Below are positions 9,709 through 18,478 of a stretch of DNA of 64,000 bases, one piece after another. Position numbers and translations under genes: made by a program. Source of the stretch: an uncultured Gemmatimonadales bacterium (GTDB lineage: Bacteria; Gemmatimonadota; Gemmatimonadetes; Palauibacterales; Palauibacteraceae); NCBI GenBank assembly GCA_963783385.1, contig CAWANJ010000007.1, forward strand, positions 160,001-224,000, given 5' to 3'. The notes under the pieces are model-generated. The model did not search any database. It saw nothing but the letters and a program-made list of their open reading frames with translations, and was not told the origin of the DNA. Every line of letters begins with the position of its first letter. Positions within the stretch are counted from its first letter, which is position 1.

Positions 9709-11163
9709 CTAGTTGTTGTTGCGGCTCACGCCGGGAACGGCGGCCCGCTGCCGGAACCGCTGCAGGAGCTGCTGCTGCTGGACCAGCGACAGCGGCACCT
9801 CCAGGACCTTGTCGCCCTGCTCGAGGCCCGCCAGCACCTCGGTGTAGTCCAGGCTGCTCAGCCCGATGCGCACCGGCTTGAGCGTGACCCGGCCCTGCGC
9901 GTTCTCGACGAACACGAACCCGTCCTTGGGGGCGGCCGGGTTGGACCGGGCCTGCTGCTGCTTCTCGCGCTCTGCCCGGACGCGCTCCATGAGCTTGCGG
10001 CGCTGGTCGGCCGTCAGCGACTGGAACAGCTTGCGCCGCTCGTCCTGAGACATGCCGCGGAGCTTCTCGGGGGAGGGCAGGCCGTCGTCGGTCCGGGCCT
10101 GCTGCCCACCGGAGGCCTGCTGGCCACCGGTCGCCGGCGCACGGCCCGGATCGGCCGCCGTCGGTGCCGTCGCCCCGGAGCCCTGCGACGACACGCTGGC
10201 CTGCAGCAGCGACGGGTCCATGCCGAGGGCGTCCACGAGCTTCCGGGCCTCCTCCGTCGTCTTGATTCCGGCGTTGGGCAAGGCGAGCACGCTGTCGCGC
10301 TGGCCGATCACGATCGTGACGTCGGCGTTCATGCCCGGCAGCAGCGCCCGGTCCTCGTTGTTGATCCGGGTGAGGACGGCGAACTGCGTGACGTTCTGCT
10401 GCACGACCGCCTGGGGCTCGATCTTGAGGACCGTCCCGCTGAAGCTCCGGTTCGGATAGGCGTCCACCGTGATGTTGGCGGCCAGCCCCGGCTGCACCTT
10501 CCCGATGTCGATCTCGTCCACCAGGGTGCGGACCTGCACGGTGGTCAAGTCGGCCATCTGCAGGATCGTCGTTCCACCCGACACCTGGTTCGTGGAGGTG
10601 ATGATCGTCCCGGGCTCGACGTCCTTGGCGATGATCGTGCCCGAGATCGGCGCCACGACCGTCGCGTCCTTGACCTCTTTCCTGGCCAGCTCGAGGTTCG
10701 TCTCCGCCTTCACGAGATCGGACTTGGCGGTGGCGTCGTTGAGGATCGCCGTCTGCAGCTCGTCCTTCGTGATCGCGCCGGAGTCGGCCAGGACCTGGGA
10801 GCGCGCCAGGCGGTCGGCGTTGATCTTCGCCTGCGCCTGGGCCACCGCGAGGTTGGCGTTGGCCTGGTCGTAGGTGTTCTGGACGTTCCGCGGGTCGACC
10901 CTGGCCAGGAGCTGGCCCTTCTGGACGTGATCGGCGATGTCCACGGGCATCTGGAGGATCTCGCCCGATGCCTGCGACTTGATGTCGATCGTCTGAATCG
11001 GCTCGATGCTGCCGGTCGCCTCGACGCTCGACACGATGTCGCGCCGCTCCACCGTGGCGGTCTGGAAGTCCGTCGCCGCTTCGCTGGCCTTGCTCTTCCC
11101 GCAGGCGGTCACCGCCAGTGCTGCCAGGGCCAGGAGGGCGGTTCCGCTGATCGGCTTCTTCAT
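9709..11163 (-). CDS. MacA/HlyD-family periplasmic adaptor subunit (lipoprotein)
   Basis: ATG 11163, lipobox AVTAC, VEATGSIEP, lipoyl-like VQKGQLLA and APISGTI, VDEIDIGKV. Confidence 0.9.
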   Translation of the reverse strand: MKKPISGTALLALAALAVTACGKSKASEAATDFQTATVERRDIVSSVEATGSIEPIQTIDIKSQASGEILQMPVDIADHVQKGQLLARVDPRNVQNTYDQANANLAVAQAQAKINADRLARSQVLADSGAITKDELQTAILNDATAKSDLVKAETNLELARKEVKDATVVAPISGTIIAKDVEPGTIITSTNQVSGGTTILQMADLTTVQVRTLVDEIDIGKVQPGLAANITVDAYPNRSFSGTVLKIEPQAVVQQNVTQFAVLTRINNEDRALLPGMNADVTIVIGQRDSVLALPNAGIKTTEEARKLVDALGMDPSLLQASVSSQGSGATAPTAADPGRAPATGGQQASGGQQARTDDGLPSPEKLRGMSQDERRKLFQSLTADQRRKLMERVRAEREKQQQARSNPAAPKDGFVFVENAQGRVTLKPVRIGLSSLDYTEVLAGLEQGDKVLEVPLSLVQQQQLLQRFRQRAAVPGVSRNNN

Positions 11164-11236
11164 ACAGGTCTCCCGGGAGGTCCCGGCGTCGTAGTCTCTG
11201 GGTGGCGCCCGGCGGGGCCGGGACGCGCGCCGACGG

Positions 11237-12658
11237 CTACTTGCCGTCCTCCTCCATAACACGGGAGCCGTTGGAAGCGTTGCTGCCTGTGTCCCCGGCC
11301 GCCTTCGGGAGGGGTTCGCCGAGCAGGGCCTCGAGCTGCGCCAGCCCGATCTGGTAGTCGAACTTGCGCTGCACGAGGTTCACCTGGGCCTGCTGCAGGT
11401 TGATCTGCGCCTGCTGGAGGTCCAGGATCGTGGCCAGCCCGAGCCGATAGCGCTCCTGCGTGACCCGGAGGTTCTCCTGGCTGAGCTCCACGCTCTTCTG
11501 GGCCAGGTCTCCGCCCGAGACGGCCGTCAGCACCTGGTTGTAGGCGTTGTCGATGTTGGTCCGCAGGGCGAGCTCCGCGGAGCGCTCCTGGGCCTGGGCG
11601 GCGTCGGCCTGGGCCTGGGCCTGGAAGAGCTGCGACTCGCGCTGGAAGCCGTTGAACAGCGGAATGCTGCCCGTGAGCCGGATCGACCAGCTCCGGTTCT
11701 CGGGCGGGAAGTCCCTGTTCTGCCAGGCCCAGCCTCCGGCGAAGGTCAGATTGGGCAGGTAGGCGGACTTGGCCGAGGACACCTGGGCCTGGGCGGATTG
11801 GTAGGACGCCCGGGCGCTCTGGACGCTGGGCGCCTGCGACTGCGCAATGGACTGGAGCTGCTGGCGGTCGTACGTGAGCGTGTGGATCTCCAGGGTCGCC
11901 TCGGCCACCGGGGCCACGCGCTGGTCGACTCCCAGCGCCTGGGCGAGCTGGAAGGTGCTGGCACGGGCCGAGTTCTGGGCGTTGAGCAGCGCCAGCTTGG
12001 CGTTGTTCAGGTCCACCTCGGAGCTCAACAGGTCCGAGCGCGTGGAGCGCCCCAGCTGGAGCTGCTGTCGCACGAAGTCCAGCTGGTCCTGCTGCCGCTT
12101 CACGGTGGCGGACTGCACGGCCACCAGGTCCCGGGTGGCGACGGCGTTGAAGTAGGCCGTCTTCACGTCGAGCAGCGTCTGGTAGCGGCTCTGACGGTAG
12201 CTGGCCTGCTGCGCCTCCACGTTCAGGTTGGCGCTCTTCATCTGGCTGAAGCGCCGCAGCCCCGTGAACAGGTCGTAGCTGCCGCTGAGCTGGAAGCTGT
12301 AGCTGGTCCGGGTGAGCGACTGCTGGGTGACGTCCAGCCGGGCGGAGCTCGAGTTGGAGTAGCCGTATCCGGCCGAGAAGGACGGCAGGAAGTTCCCGTA
12401 CGCCGTCAGCCGGCTGTAGCGCGCCTGGTCCAGGCTGGACCGTGATTGCGTGAGCGCCGGGTTGTTCTGCATGGCGATCGTGACCGCCTGGTCGAGCGTC
12501 ACCCGCCGTGCCGGCGGACCCGACTCCTGCATCATGGCCGTGTCCGTCCGGGCCGCGGCGTCCGCGGTCGTCTGCTGCGCCTGGAGGCCGGTGGCGGCCA
12601 CGAGGAGGGCCAGGAGCACCGCGCAGCCCCGTGTCGCGGACATCGTGTATCTCGTCAT
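11237..12658 (-). CDS. TolC-family outer membrane efflux protein
   Basis: Signal peptide, TLDQAVTIAMQNNP, two OEP repeats (VKTAYF; ERYRLGLATILDL). Confidence 0.9.
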   Translation of the reverse strand: MTRYTMSATRGCAVLLALLVAATGLQAQQTTADAAARTDTAMMQESGPPARRVTLDQAVTIAMQNNPALTQSRSSLDQARYSRLTAYGNFLPSFSAGYGYSNSSSARLDVTQQSLTRTSYSFQLSGSYDLFTGLRRFSQMKSANLNVEAQQASYRQSRYQTLLDVKTAYFNAVATRDLVAVQSATVKRQQDQLDFVRQQLQLGRSTRSDLLSSEVDLNNAKLALLNAQNSARASTFQLAQALGVDQRVAPVAEATLEIHTLTYDRQQLQSIAQSQAPSVQSARASYQSAQAQVSSAKSAYLPNLTFAGGWAWQNRDFPPENRSWSIRLTGSIPLFNGFQRESQLFQAQAQADAAQAQERSAELALRTNIDNAYNQVLTAVSGGDLAQKSVELSQENLRVTQERYRLGLATILDLQQAQINLQQAQVNLVQRKFDYQIGLAQLEALLGEPLPKAAGDTGSNASNGSRVMEEDGK

Positions 12659-12678
12659 GGAAGCTCCTTCACGCTGTC

Positions 12679-13164
12679 TCATTTCCGGCTCGATCCGCCG
12701 GGAGTGGTCGAGTCGCGTCGGCCGGCGGAGTCCCGCTCCGACCGACGCGTGGAGTCGTCGTCGTGCCGCTGGTACCGCTGCCGGAGCAGCGTACGGTACT
12801 GCTGGACCTGCTCGGGCGTCAGCACGCCCTCGATGCGGGTCCGGGTCGAGTCCACAATGGCGCTGTATCGTGGCCTCACGTCCTGCCACACCGACCGCAT
12901 GTGCGTCCGGTAGTGATCGAGGATCGTCTCGATCTCGGTGCGCTGCTGCGCCGTCAGTTCGAGCTCGCTGGCGAAGCGTTCGATCACGGGGGTGTGGCCC
13001 CGTTCGCCGCGCCCGGCGCTGTCCGTCCTGGCGGCGCGCCATGCGTCCACGTGGCGAGCGGGCGTTGCCAGGACGCGCCGGTCGAGCGCGACCCCACCGG
13101 CCAGGCCGGCGGCGAAGGTCACGCCCAGCACCAGGCCGACCCGGAGACGCGATCCGGCGAGCAT
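12679..13164 (-). CDS. Periplasmic Spy/CpxP-like helical protein
   Basis: N-terminal TM/signal, ELELTAQQR and VLTPEQ (LTxxQ) motifs. Confidence 0.6.
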   Translation of the reverse strand: MLAGSRLRVGLVLGVTFAAGLAGGVALDRRVLATPARHVDAWRAARTDSAGRGERGHTPVIERFASELELTAQQRTEIETILDHYRTHMRSVWQDVRPRYSAIVDSTRTRIEGVLTPEQVQQYRTLLRQRYQRHDDDSTRRSERDSAGRRDSTTPGGSSRK

Positions 13165-13166
13165 GG

Positions 13167-13559
13167 TCAGCGCTCCTCCCGGCGCAGCGTGGCGGCCAGG
13201 AGGGCGTCCGAGCTGGGCTCGGTCTGGTCGATGAGCAGGGCGGGCGGCGATGTCGCCGAGGTCGGCTGCACCAGGGCCTCGATGTCCATGCGCTCCGACT
13301 CGGGCGCCGAAGTCCCCGACGGGTTCGACTCGTACGCGATCCATCCGAACAGGAGGGCGATGGAGGCCGCGATCGGGATGGCGACCGAGGACCAGTCGGC
13401 CGCGAGCTCCCACCAGGCGGCCGGGTGCCGCGCCGCCAGCAGCGGCGCCGCCGCCGCCAGGATGCCCCGCTTCATCCGGGCCCGGCCCATCGGGTCCGGC
13501 CTCAGGGGCTCCAGCCACGCGGGCCAGCCGTCGTTCCTGTCTTCCCGTTGTGCGCTCAT
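13167..13559 (-). CDS. Putative single-TM anti-sigma factor
   Basis: Overlaps the ECF sigma stop codon; one TM helix (VAIPIAASIALLFGWIAY). Confidence 0.55.
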   Translation of the reverse strand: MSAQREDRNDGWPAWLEPLRPDPMGRARMKRGILAAAAPLLAARHPAAWWELAADWSSVAIPIAASIALLFGWIAYESNPSGTSAPESERMDIEALVQPTSATSPPALLIDQTEPSSDALLAATLRREER

Positions 13560-14197
13560 CGGCTCTCGTCCTCTTCAGGCCCCAGCAGCTGCCGGAGCGC
13601 CTTGCGCCCGTGGTGCACGTGGGCTCGCGACGTGCCCGGCGCGATCCCGAGAATGTCCGCGATCTCCTGGTGGCTGTAGCCCTCCAGGTCGTAGAGGGTC
13701 ACCGCGGTCCGCTGCATCTCGGGGAGCTGCTCCAACGCCCGGAGCACGGTCTCCCGGTCGATCCTCCCGAGCGTCTCCGCCTCGGGGTCGCTGTTCGTCG
13801 CGGCCCCGATCGGTATCGATTCGTGACTCCGAAGCTTCTCGTGTCTCCGGAAGTTGAGGGCCGTGCTGCGGAGCACCCTGTAGAACCACGGCCCGAAAGG
13901 GCTGCCCGGGGACAGCTGGTCGATCCGCTCCAGCGAGCGTATGAATGCATCCTGCACCGCGTCTTCCGCGTCGTGCGGATTGCCGAGAATGCCGAGCGCG
14001 ACGGCGTGCGCCCGGTCCAGATAGCGCTCGACGAGGCGCCCGAAGGCCACTTCGTCGCCTCGCTGGACCGCCCGTACCAGCTCCGGCTCGCCCGCCGTCC
14101 CGGTGCCCGCCGGCTCCCCGGATCTTCCGTCCGCGGCGCCGGAGACGTCACGCGCGGGCCGGTCGGGTTCCCGGACCGACTCCCCCGCATCGTTCAT
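13556..14197 (-). CDS. ECF RNA polymerase sigma-70 factor
   Basis: AFGRLVERY, DAEDAVQDAF, FGPWFYR; region 4 LYDLEGYSHQEIADILGIAPGTSRAHVHHGR. Confidence 0.92.
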   Translation of the reverse strand: MNDAGESVREPDRPARDVSGAADGRSGEPAGTGTAGEPELVRAVQRGDEVAFGRLVERYLDRAHAVALGILGNPHDAEDAVQDAFIRSLERIDQLSPGSPFGPWFYRVLRSTALNFRRHEKLRSHESIPIGAATNSDPEAETLGRIDRETVLRALEQLPEMQRTAVTLYDLEGYSHQEIADILGIAPGTSRAHVHHGRKALRQLLGPEEDESR

Positions 14198-14348
14198 CCT
14201 CGCCGCGCTATCAAGAACACCCCGACGTGCTCCCGTGTTGAGGTCGTCGCCCGTGCGACGGCGTCCCACCCCGGAGCGGGACGACCCATCGATGCCCCCG
14301 GCCGGAAGCACCCGATCCGGGGGGTACCGGGCATCTCGTGAGTCCCAC

Positions 14349-14376
14349 TACGGATCCCGGGGTCCGTGAAGTTTCC
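14349..14376 (-). promoter_or_regulatory. Candidate autoregulatory ECF promoter (GGAAAC-N18-CGTA)
   Basis: Minus strand reads GGAAACTTcacggaccccgggatcCGTAG upstream of the ECF gene. Resembles AAC/CGT ECF promoters, but the spacing is slightly long. Confidence 0.3.
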
Positions 14377-14506
14377 GGTGTGCGGCCTCGCGCGTCCAGC
14401 GCCGGGCCCGGAGTCGGGCTTGAGCGTCGGGGCCGGGCAGCCCATCCTGCCTGTCCACGGACCCCTGAACCGAGGCGACGCGACGGTGGCGGACACGCAT
14501 TGCGAG

Positions 14507-15397
14507 ATGACTCGAGGGCCCGCCGGTGGGTCGGTCGCCGGCCTGCCGCCGCTCGGCGCCCACGTATCCGTGGCGGGGGGACTGGCCCGCGCCGTGGAGC
14601 GCGGCACCGAGATCGGGGCGACCGCCCTGCAGGTGTTCACTGGCCAGCCCCAGCGCTGGGCGGAGCTCGACCTGGGCGAGGACGACGTGCGCCGCTACCG
14701 CGACGCGCTCGCCGGCTCCCCGATCGGAATCGTGGCCTCGCACGACAGCTACCTGATCAACCTGGCGACGGAGCGTGCGGCTCTCCTGGAGAAGTCCCGG
14801 GCGGCGTTCGAGGCGGAGCTGGAACGTTGCCAGCGCCTGGGCGTCGACTACCTGGTCACCCATCCGGGCAATGCGACGGGGGGCGACCGCGAGGCCGCCC
14901 TCCGCCAGAACGCCGCCGCCATCGGGGCGGCGCTCCTGGCGCATCCGGGACCCACGATGGTGCTGATCGAGACCACGGCGGGTTCCGGCACGGCGCTCGG
15001 CTGGCGTTTCGAGGAGCTCGCGGCCCTGATCGAGGCGGTGCCGGAGGAGGCCCGCGACCGGGTGGGCGTGTGCATGGACACGGCGCACGTGTTCGCGGCG
15101 GGCTACGACCTCCGCACCGAATACGAGGAGGTGATGGACGCGTTCGATCGGACCGTGGGGCTCGAGCGATTGCGCCTGTTCCACGTCAACGACTCCCGCG
15201 TCGGGCTCGGGAGCCGCGTCGACCGCCACGCCCATCTGGGGGAAGGAGAGCTCGGCGAGGCTGGCTTCGTCGGCCTGATGCGCGACCCGCGCTTCGTCGA
15301 CGTGCCGCGCATCCTCGAGACGCCCAAGGATGACGACGCCACGGCGGCCGATCGGCGCAACCTGGACGTCCTCCGCCGACTCGCCCGGGGAGCGTAG
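14507..15397 (+). CDS. nfo: Endonuclease IV (AP endonuclease)
   Basis: GAHVS, HDSYLINLA, HPG, IETTAG, DTAH, HVNDS, DRHAH, ILETP zinc-ligand motifs. Confidence 0.95.
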   Translation: MTRGPAGGSVAGLPPLGAHVSVAGGLARAVERGTEIGATALQVFTGQPQRWAELDLGEDDVRRYRDALAGSPIGIVASHDSYLINLATERAALLEKSRAAFEAELERCQRLGVDYLVTHPGNATGGDREAALRQNAAAIGAALLAHPGPTMVLIETTAGSGTALGWRFEELAALIEAVPEEARDRVGVCMDTAHVFAAGYDLRTEYEEVMDAFDRTVGLERLRLFHVNDSRVGLGSRVDRHAHLGEGELGEAGFVGLMRDPRFVDVPRILETPKDDDATAADRRNLDVLRRLARGA

Positions 15398-15537
15398 CGC
15401 GCCGGGCCGCTCCCGGCCTTGTACGCCGAGCGGGGCGGTCGCATCTTCCCGGAGCCGGCGACGCGCCGGCCCCCGGAGCGGCGGCGGAGCTCGGCCGCAG
15501 GCTCCCCAGCCTCTCCCCCCGAACCCGGCGAGCCACC

Positions 15538-16098
15538 GTGAGTGAGGAAGCTCCTCCCACCCGAAGCGACGCGGGCTACGTCCTTCCCAGCGGTGACCTG
15601 GGCGTGGCGGCGCGTACCCTCATCGAGGAGCGCCTGCGAGGCGTTCGGCGGTCCGTGGACAGGGATCTGGCCCCGGTCGACGTGGTCCTCAGGCCCACGC
15701 GCTCCGAGTCGCGCACCCACCTGTTCGAGGAGGCGTGCGAGCTGTACTGGACTGAGCTGGGCTGGGAGGAGGAGACGGGCGAGGAGGCCGTGGGGTCGGG
15801 AGGGGCCGAGCTCACGGAGATGGTCTTCCCGGGACTCCTGGCCTTCATGGACGCCCTCCTGCCCCGCAACACGAACGGGGAGCCCGACCGGGACCGTGAG
15901 CACCGCGACGTGGCCCACGACTTCCTCCTGTGGCTCGCCGGGCGGCTGGTGGAGCTGCGCTCGGCCCGTCCCGAGGCGCTCGAGGAGCGTGCCCGCATGC
16001 GCCGCCAGGAGGCGACCACGGACGAGCTCATCGACCTCGTCGCCTACCGCCTCTACGGCCTCACCTCGGAGGAAGTCGAGCGCATCCAGGAGCGCTGA
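15538..16098 (+). CDS. Hypothetical protein
   Basis: 186-aa ORF with coding-like codon usage filling the nfo-etfB gap. Confidence 0.65.
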   Translation: MSEEAPPTRSDAGYVLPSGDLGVAARTLIEERLRGVRRSVDRDLAPVDVVLRPTRSESRTHLFEEACELYWTELGWEEETGEEAVGSGGAELTEMVFPGLLAFMDALLPRNTNGEPDRDREHRDVAHDFLLWLAGRLVELRSARPEALEERARMRRQEATTDELIDLVAYRLYGLTSEEVERIQER

Positions 16099-16265
16099 CC
16101 GCCCGCCCTCCTTTCGTGCTGGACACCATTTTGCGGGATCCGTAGTTTCGGCCGCGCCGCGGCCGGCCGGGTTCCCGGCCGCGCGTGCATCGACCCGTGC
16201 CCGGACCCGCCGGGACCGGGGTGAGGGAGCCCGCTCCGCCGTGCGAGACCAGGAAGGATTGGACC

Positions 16266-17015
16266 GTGAGATCCATCGTGTGCATCAAGCGCGTACCGGA
16301 CACGGAGGCGCGCGTTCGGATAGCTGCCGACGGGGTCTCCCTGGACCCCTCGGGAGTCAAGTATGTCCTCAATCCCTACGACGAGTTCGCCCTCGAGGAG
16401 GCCATCCGCCTCAAGGAGGAGGCCGGCGAGGGGTCGGTGACGGCGCTCTGCCTGGGTCCGAAGGAGGCGGCCGAGCAGCTTCGCACGGCGCTGGCCATGG
16501 GCGCCGACGACGCGGTGCTCCTCGCCGCCGAGCCGTCGCACGACGGGCTCGTCACGGCCAAGGCGCTGGCCGCCGAGATCGAAGGCCGGGAGTTCGACCT
16601 CCTCCTGTTCGGCAAGCAGGCGGTCGACGATGACAACATGCAGGTTCCGGCCATGGTGGCCGAGCTCCTGGGGCTGCCGTGCGCCACCGTGGTGGTGGAG
16701 CTGGAGGTGTCGGGGCGGCACGTCACCGCCCGCCGGGAGGTGGAGGGCGGTCACGAGACGGTGGAGTTCGACCTGCCGGGCGTGGTGGCGGCGCAGAAGG
16801 GCCTCAACGAGCCCCGCTACCCGAGCCTCAAGGGGATCATGACCGCCAAGCGGAAGCCGCTCGAGGAGAAGGAGGCCGCGGCGGTCGAGAGCTCCCTGGA
16901 GCTGCTGTCCCTCTCCGAGCCGCCCGCGCCGGAGGCAGGAGAGATCGTGGGCGAGGGGGCGGACGCGGCCCCCGAGCTCGTCCGGAAGCTGCGCGAAGAA
17001 GCGAAGGTGCTCTGA
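16266..17015 (+). CDS. etfB: Electron transfer flavoprotein beta subunit
   Basis: VCIKRVPDT, LNPYDEFALEEA, ALAMGAD, GKQAVD, LNEPRYPSL. GTG start with AGGAAGG RBS. Confidence 0.95.
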   Translation: MRSIVCIKRVPDTEARVRIAADGVSLDPSGVKYVLNPYDEFALEEAIRLKEEAGEGSVTALCLGPKEAAEQLRTALAMGADDAVLLAAEPSHDGLVTAKALAAEIEGREFDLLLFGKQAVDDDNMQVPAMVAELLGLPCATVVVELEVSGRHVTARREVEGGHETVEFDLPGVVAAQKGLNEPRYPSLKGIMTAKRKPLEEKEAAAVESSLELLSLSEPPAPEAGEIVGEGADAAPELVRKLREEAKVL

Positions 17016-17995
17016 TGGGTCGCGTGCTGGCGGTAGCGGAGACGAGGAGCGGCACGCTCCGGGGCGTGTCGCGCGAGGTGGTGACGGCGGCCCGGACGCT
17101 GGCTTCGGGGCTCGGTGGAGGCGTGGACGCGCTCGTCCTGGGACCGCCCGGAATCGCGGAAGCGGCCGGCGAGCTGGGCGGCTACGGCGCCGACCGGATC
17201 TTCGTGGGAGAGAACGACGCGTACGGGGCGTACGCTCCCGACGCGGCGCTGCGGGCCGCGGCCGACCTGCAGGGGCGAGAGGGCTACGCCGCCGTCGTGC
17301 TGGCGGCCTCGGCCCAGGGCAAGGACCTGGCGCCACGCCTGGCCGTTCGACTCGACCGCCCTCTGGCCACCGACGTGACCGCGATCGAGGTCGAGAGCGG
17401 CCACGTGGTGGTCGTGCGGCCCCAGTACGCGGGCAAGGCGCTGGCGCGCCTGCGCTTCACGGCCACGCCAGCCGTTCTCAGCATCCGTCCCAACGTGTTC
17501 CTGCCCGAGGAGCGGTCGGGGGAGGGCGCGGTGGAGACGCTGGCCGTCGATCCGGAGCCGGCCCGCGCGCGCGTCCAGCCCGTGGAGGGCGGCGAGCGCG
17601 GCGCGCTCGACGTGGCCGAGGCGACGGTCGTCGTGGCGGGCGGGCGTGGTCTGGGCGGCCCGGAGAACTGGCGCCTGCTCGAGGAGCTCGCGGACGCGCT
17701 CGGCGACGGCGTCGCCCTCGGCGCCAGCCGCGCCGTGGTGGACGCCGGGTGGCGACCGCACGAGGAGCAGGTCGGACAGACCGGGAAGGTCGTGACCCCC
17801 GACCTCTACTTCGCCATCGGGATCAGTGGTGCCATCCAGCACCTGGCCGGCATGCGCACGGCCAAGGTCATCGTCGCCGTCAACAAGGACCCCGAGGCGC
17901 CGATCTTCGACGTGGCCGACTATGGCATCGTGGGTGACCTGTTCGAGGTCCTGCCCCGGCTCACCGAGGAGATCCGTAAGGTCCGGGAAGGCTGA
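17015..17995 (+). CDS. etfA: Electron transfer flavoprotein alpha subunit
   Basis: TGATG coupling to etfB; [38 protein letters not shown]. Confidence 0.95.
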   Translation: MGRVLAVAETRSGTLRGVSREVVTAARTLASGLGGGVDALVLGPPGIAEAAGELGGYGADRIFVGENDAYGAYAPDAALRAAADLQGREGYAAVVLAASAQGKDLAPRLAVRLDRPLATDVTAIEVESGHVVVVRPQYAGKALARLRFTATPAVLSIRPNVFLPEERSGEGAVETLAVDPEPARARVQPVEGGERGALDVAEATVVVAGGRGLGGPENWRLLEELADALGDGVALGASRAVVDAGWRPHEEQVGQTGKVVTPDLYFAIGISGAIQHLAGMRTAKVIVAVNKDPEAPIFDVADYGIVGDLFEVLPRLTEEIRKVREG

Positions 17996-18059
17996 AGCAG
18001 CGGGTCGGGCTCGGGCCCGCGCTGCCGCCCGCGTCCGGCCGCTACCGCACCCCCGGGGC

Positions 18060-18109
18060 TTGACGTCGCGGCGATTCTTTTTTTTAGACTCTCAAATATC
18101 GTAGAGTCT
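18060..18109 (+). promoter_or_regulatory. Candidate sigma70 promoter (TTGACG...TAGACT) overlapped by inverted repeat AGACTCT-N10-AGAGTCT (putative PadR operator)
   Basis: AT-rich island upstream of padR; perfect 7-bp inverted repeat at 18086-18092 and 18103-18109. Confidence 0.5.
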
Positions 18110-18140
18110 CAAGGGAGTGTCTCGAGCGAGGAGGCGCCCG

Positions 18141-18478
18141 GTGACCGAGCCCGTCCCCGTCCTCAAGGGCACGCTGGACGTCCTGGTCCTGAAAGCGCTG
18201 AGCTGGAGGCCGATGCACGGCCTCGAGATCACCGACTGCTGGCCGACCGGTCCGGCGGGCAACTGGCCTTCGACGAGTCCGGTGTGTACCAGGCGCTGTA
18301 CCGCATGGAGGGCCGGGGCCTGATCGAGGCGGAGTGGGGCGTGAGCGACCACAACCGGCGGGCCCGCTACTACCGGACCACGGGGGCGGGCGAGCGGCAC
18401 CTCGCGGAGGAGACCCGCCAGCTGGTCCGCTTCGGCGAGCTCCTCACGTCCATCCTCACGACCTCGCCGGCGGGATGA
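18141..18478 (+). pseudogene. PadR-family regulator (ADOP-associated), frameshifted
   Basis: LKGTLDVLVLKALSWRPMHG in one frame, continuing as VYQALYRMEGRGLIEAEWGVSDHNRRARYY in another; 1-nt loss near 18237. Confidence 0.8.

Noticed and set aside
16266-17995. EtfAB as electron acceptor for the CO dehydrogenase
   Set aside because: It is 12 kb away, in a separate transcription unit, and is an ordinary ETF with no sequence evidence of a link.
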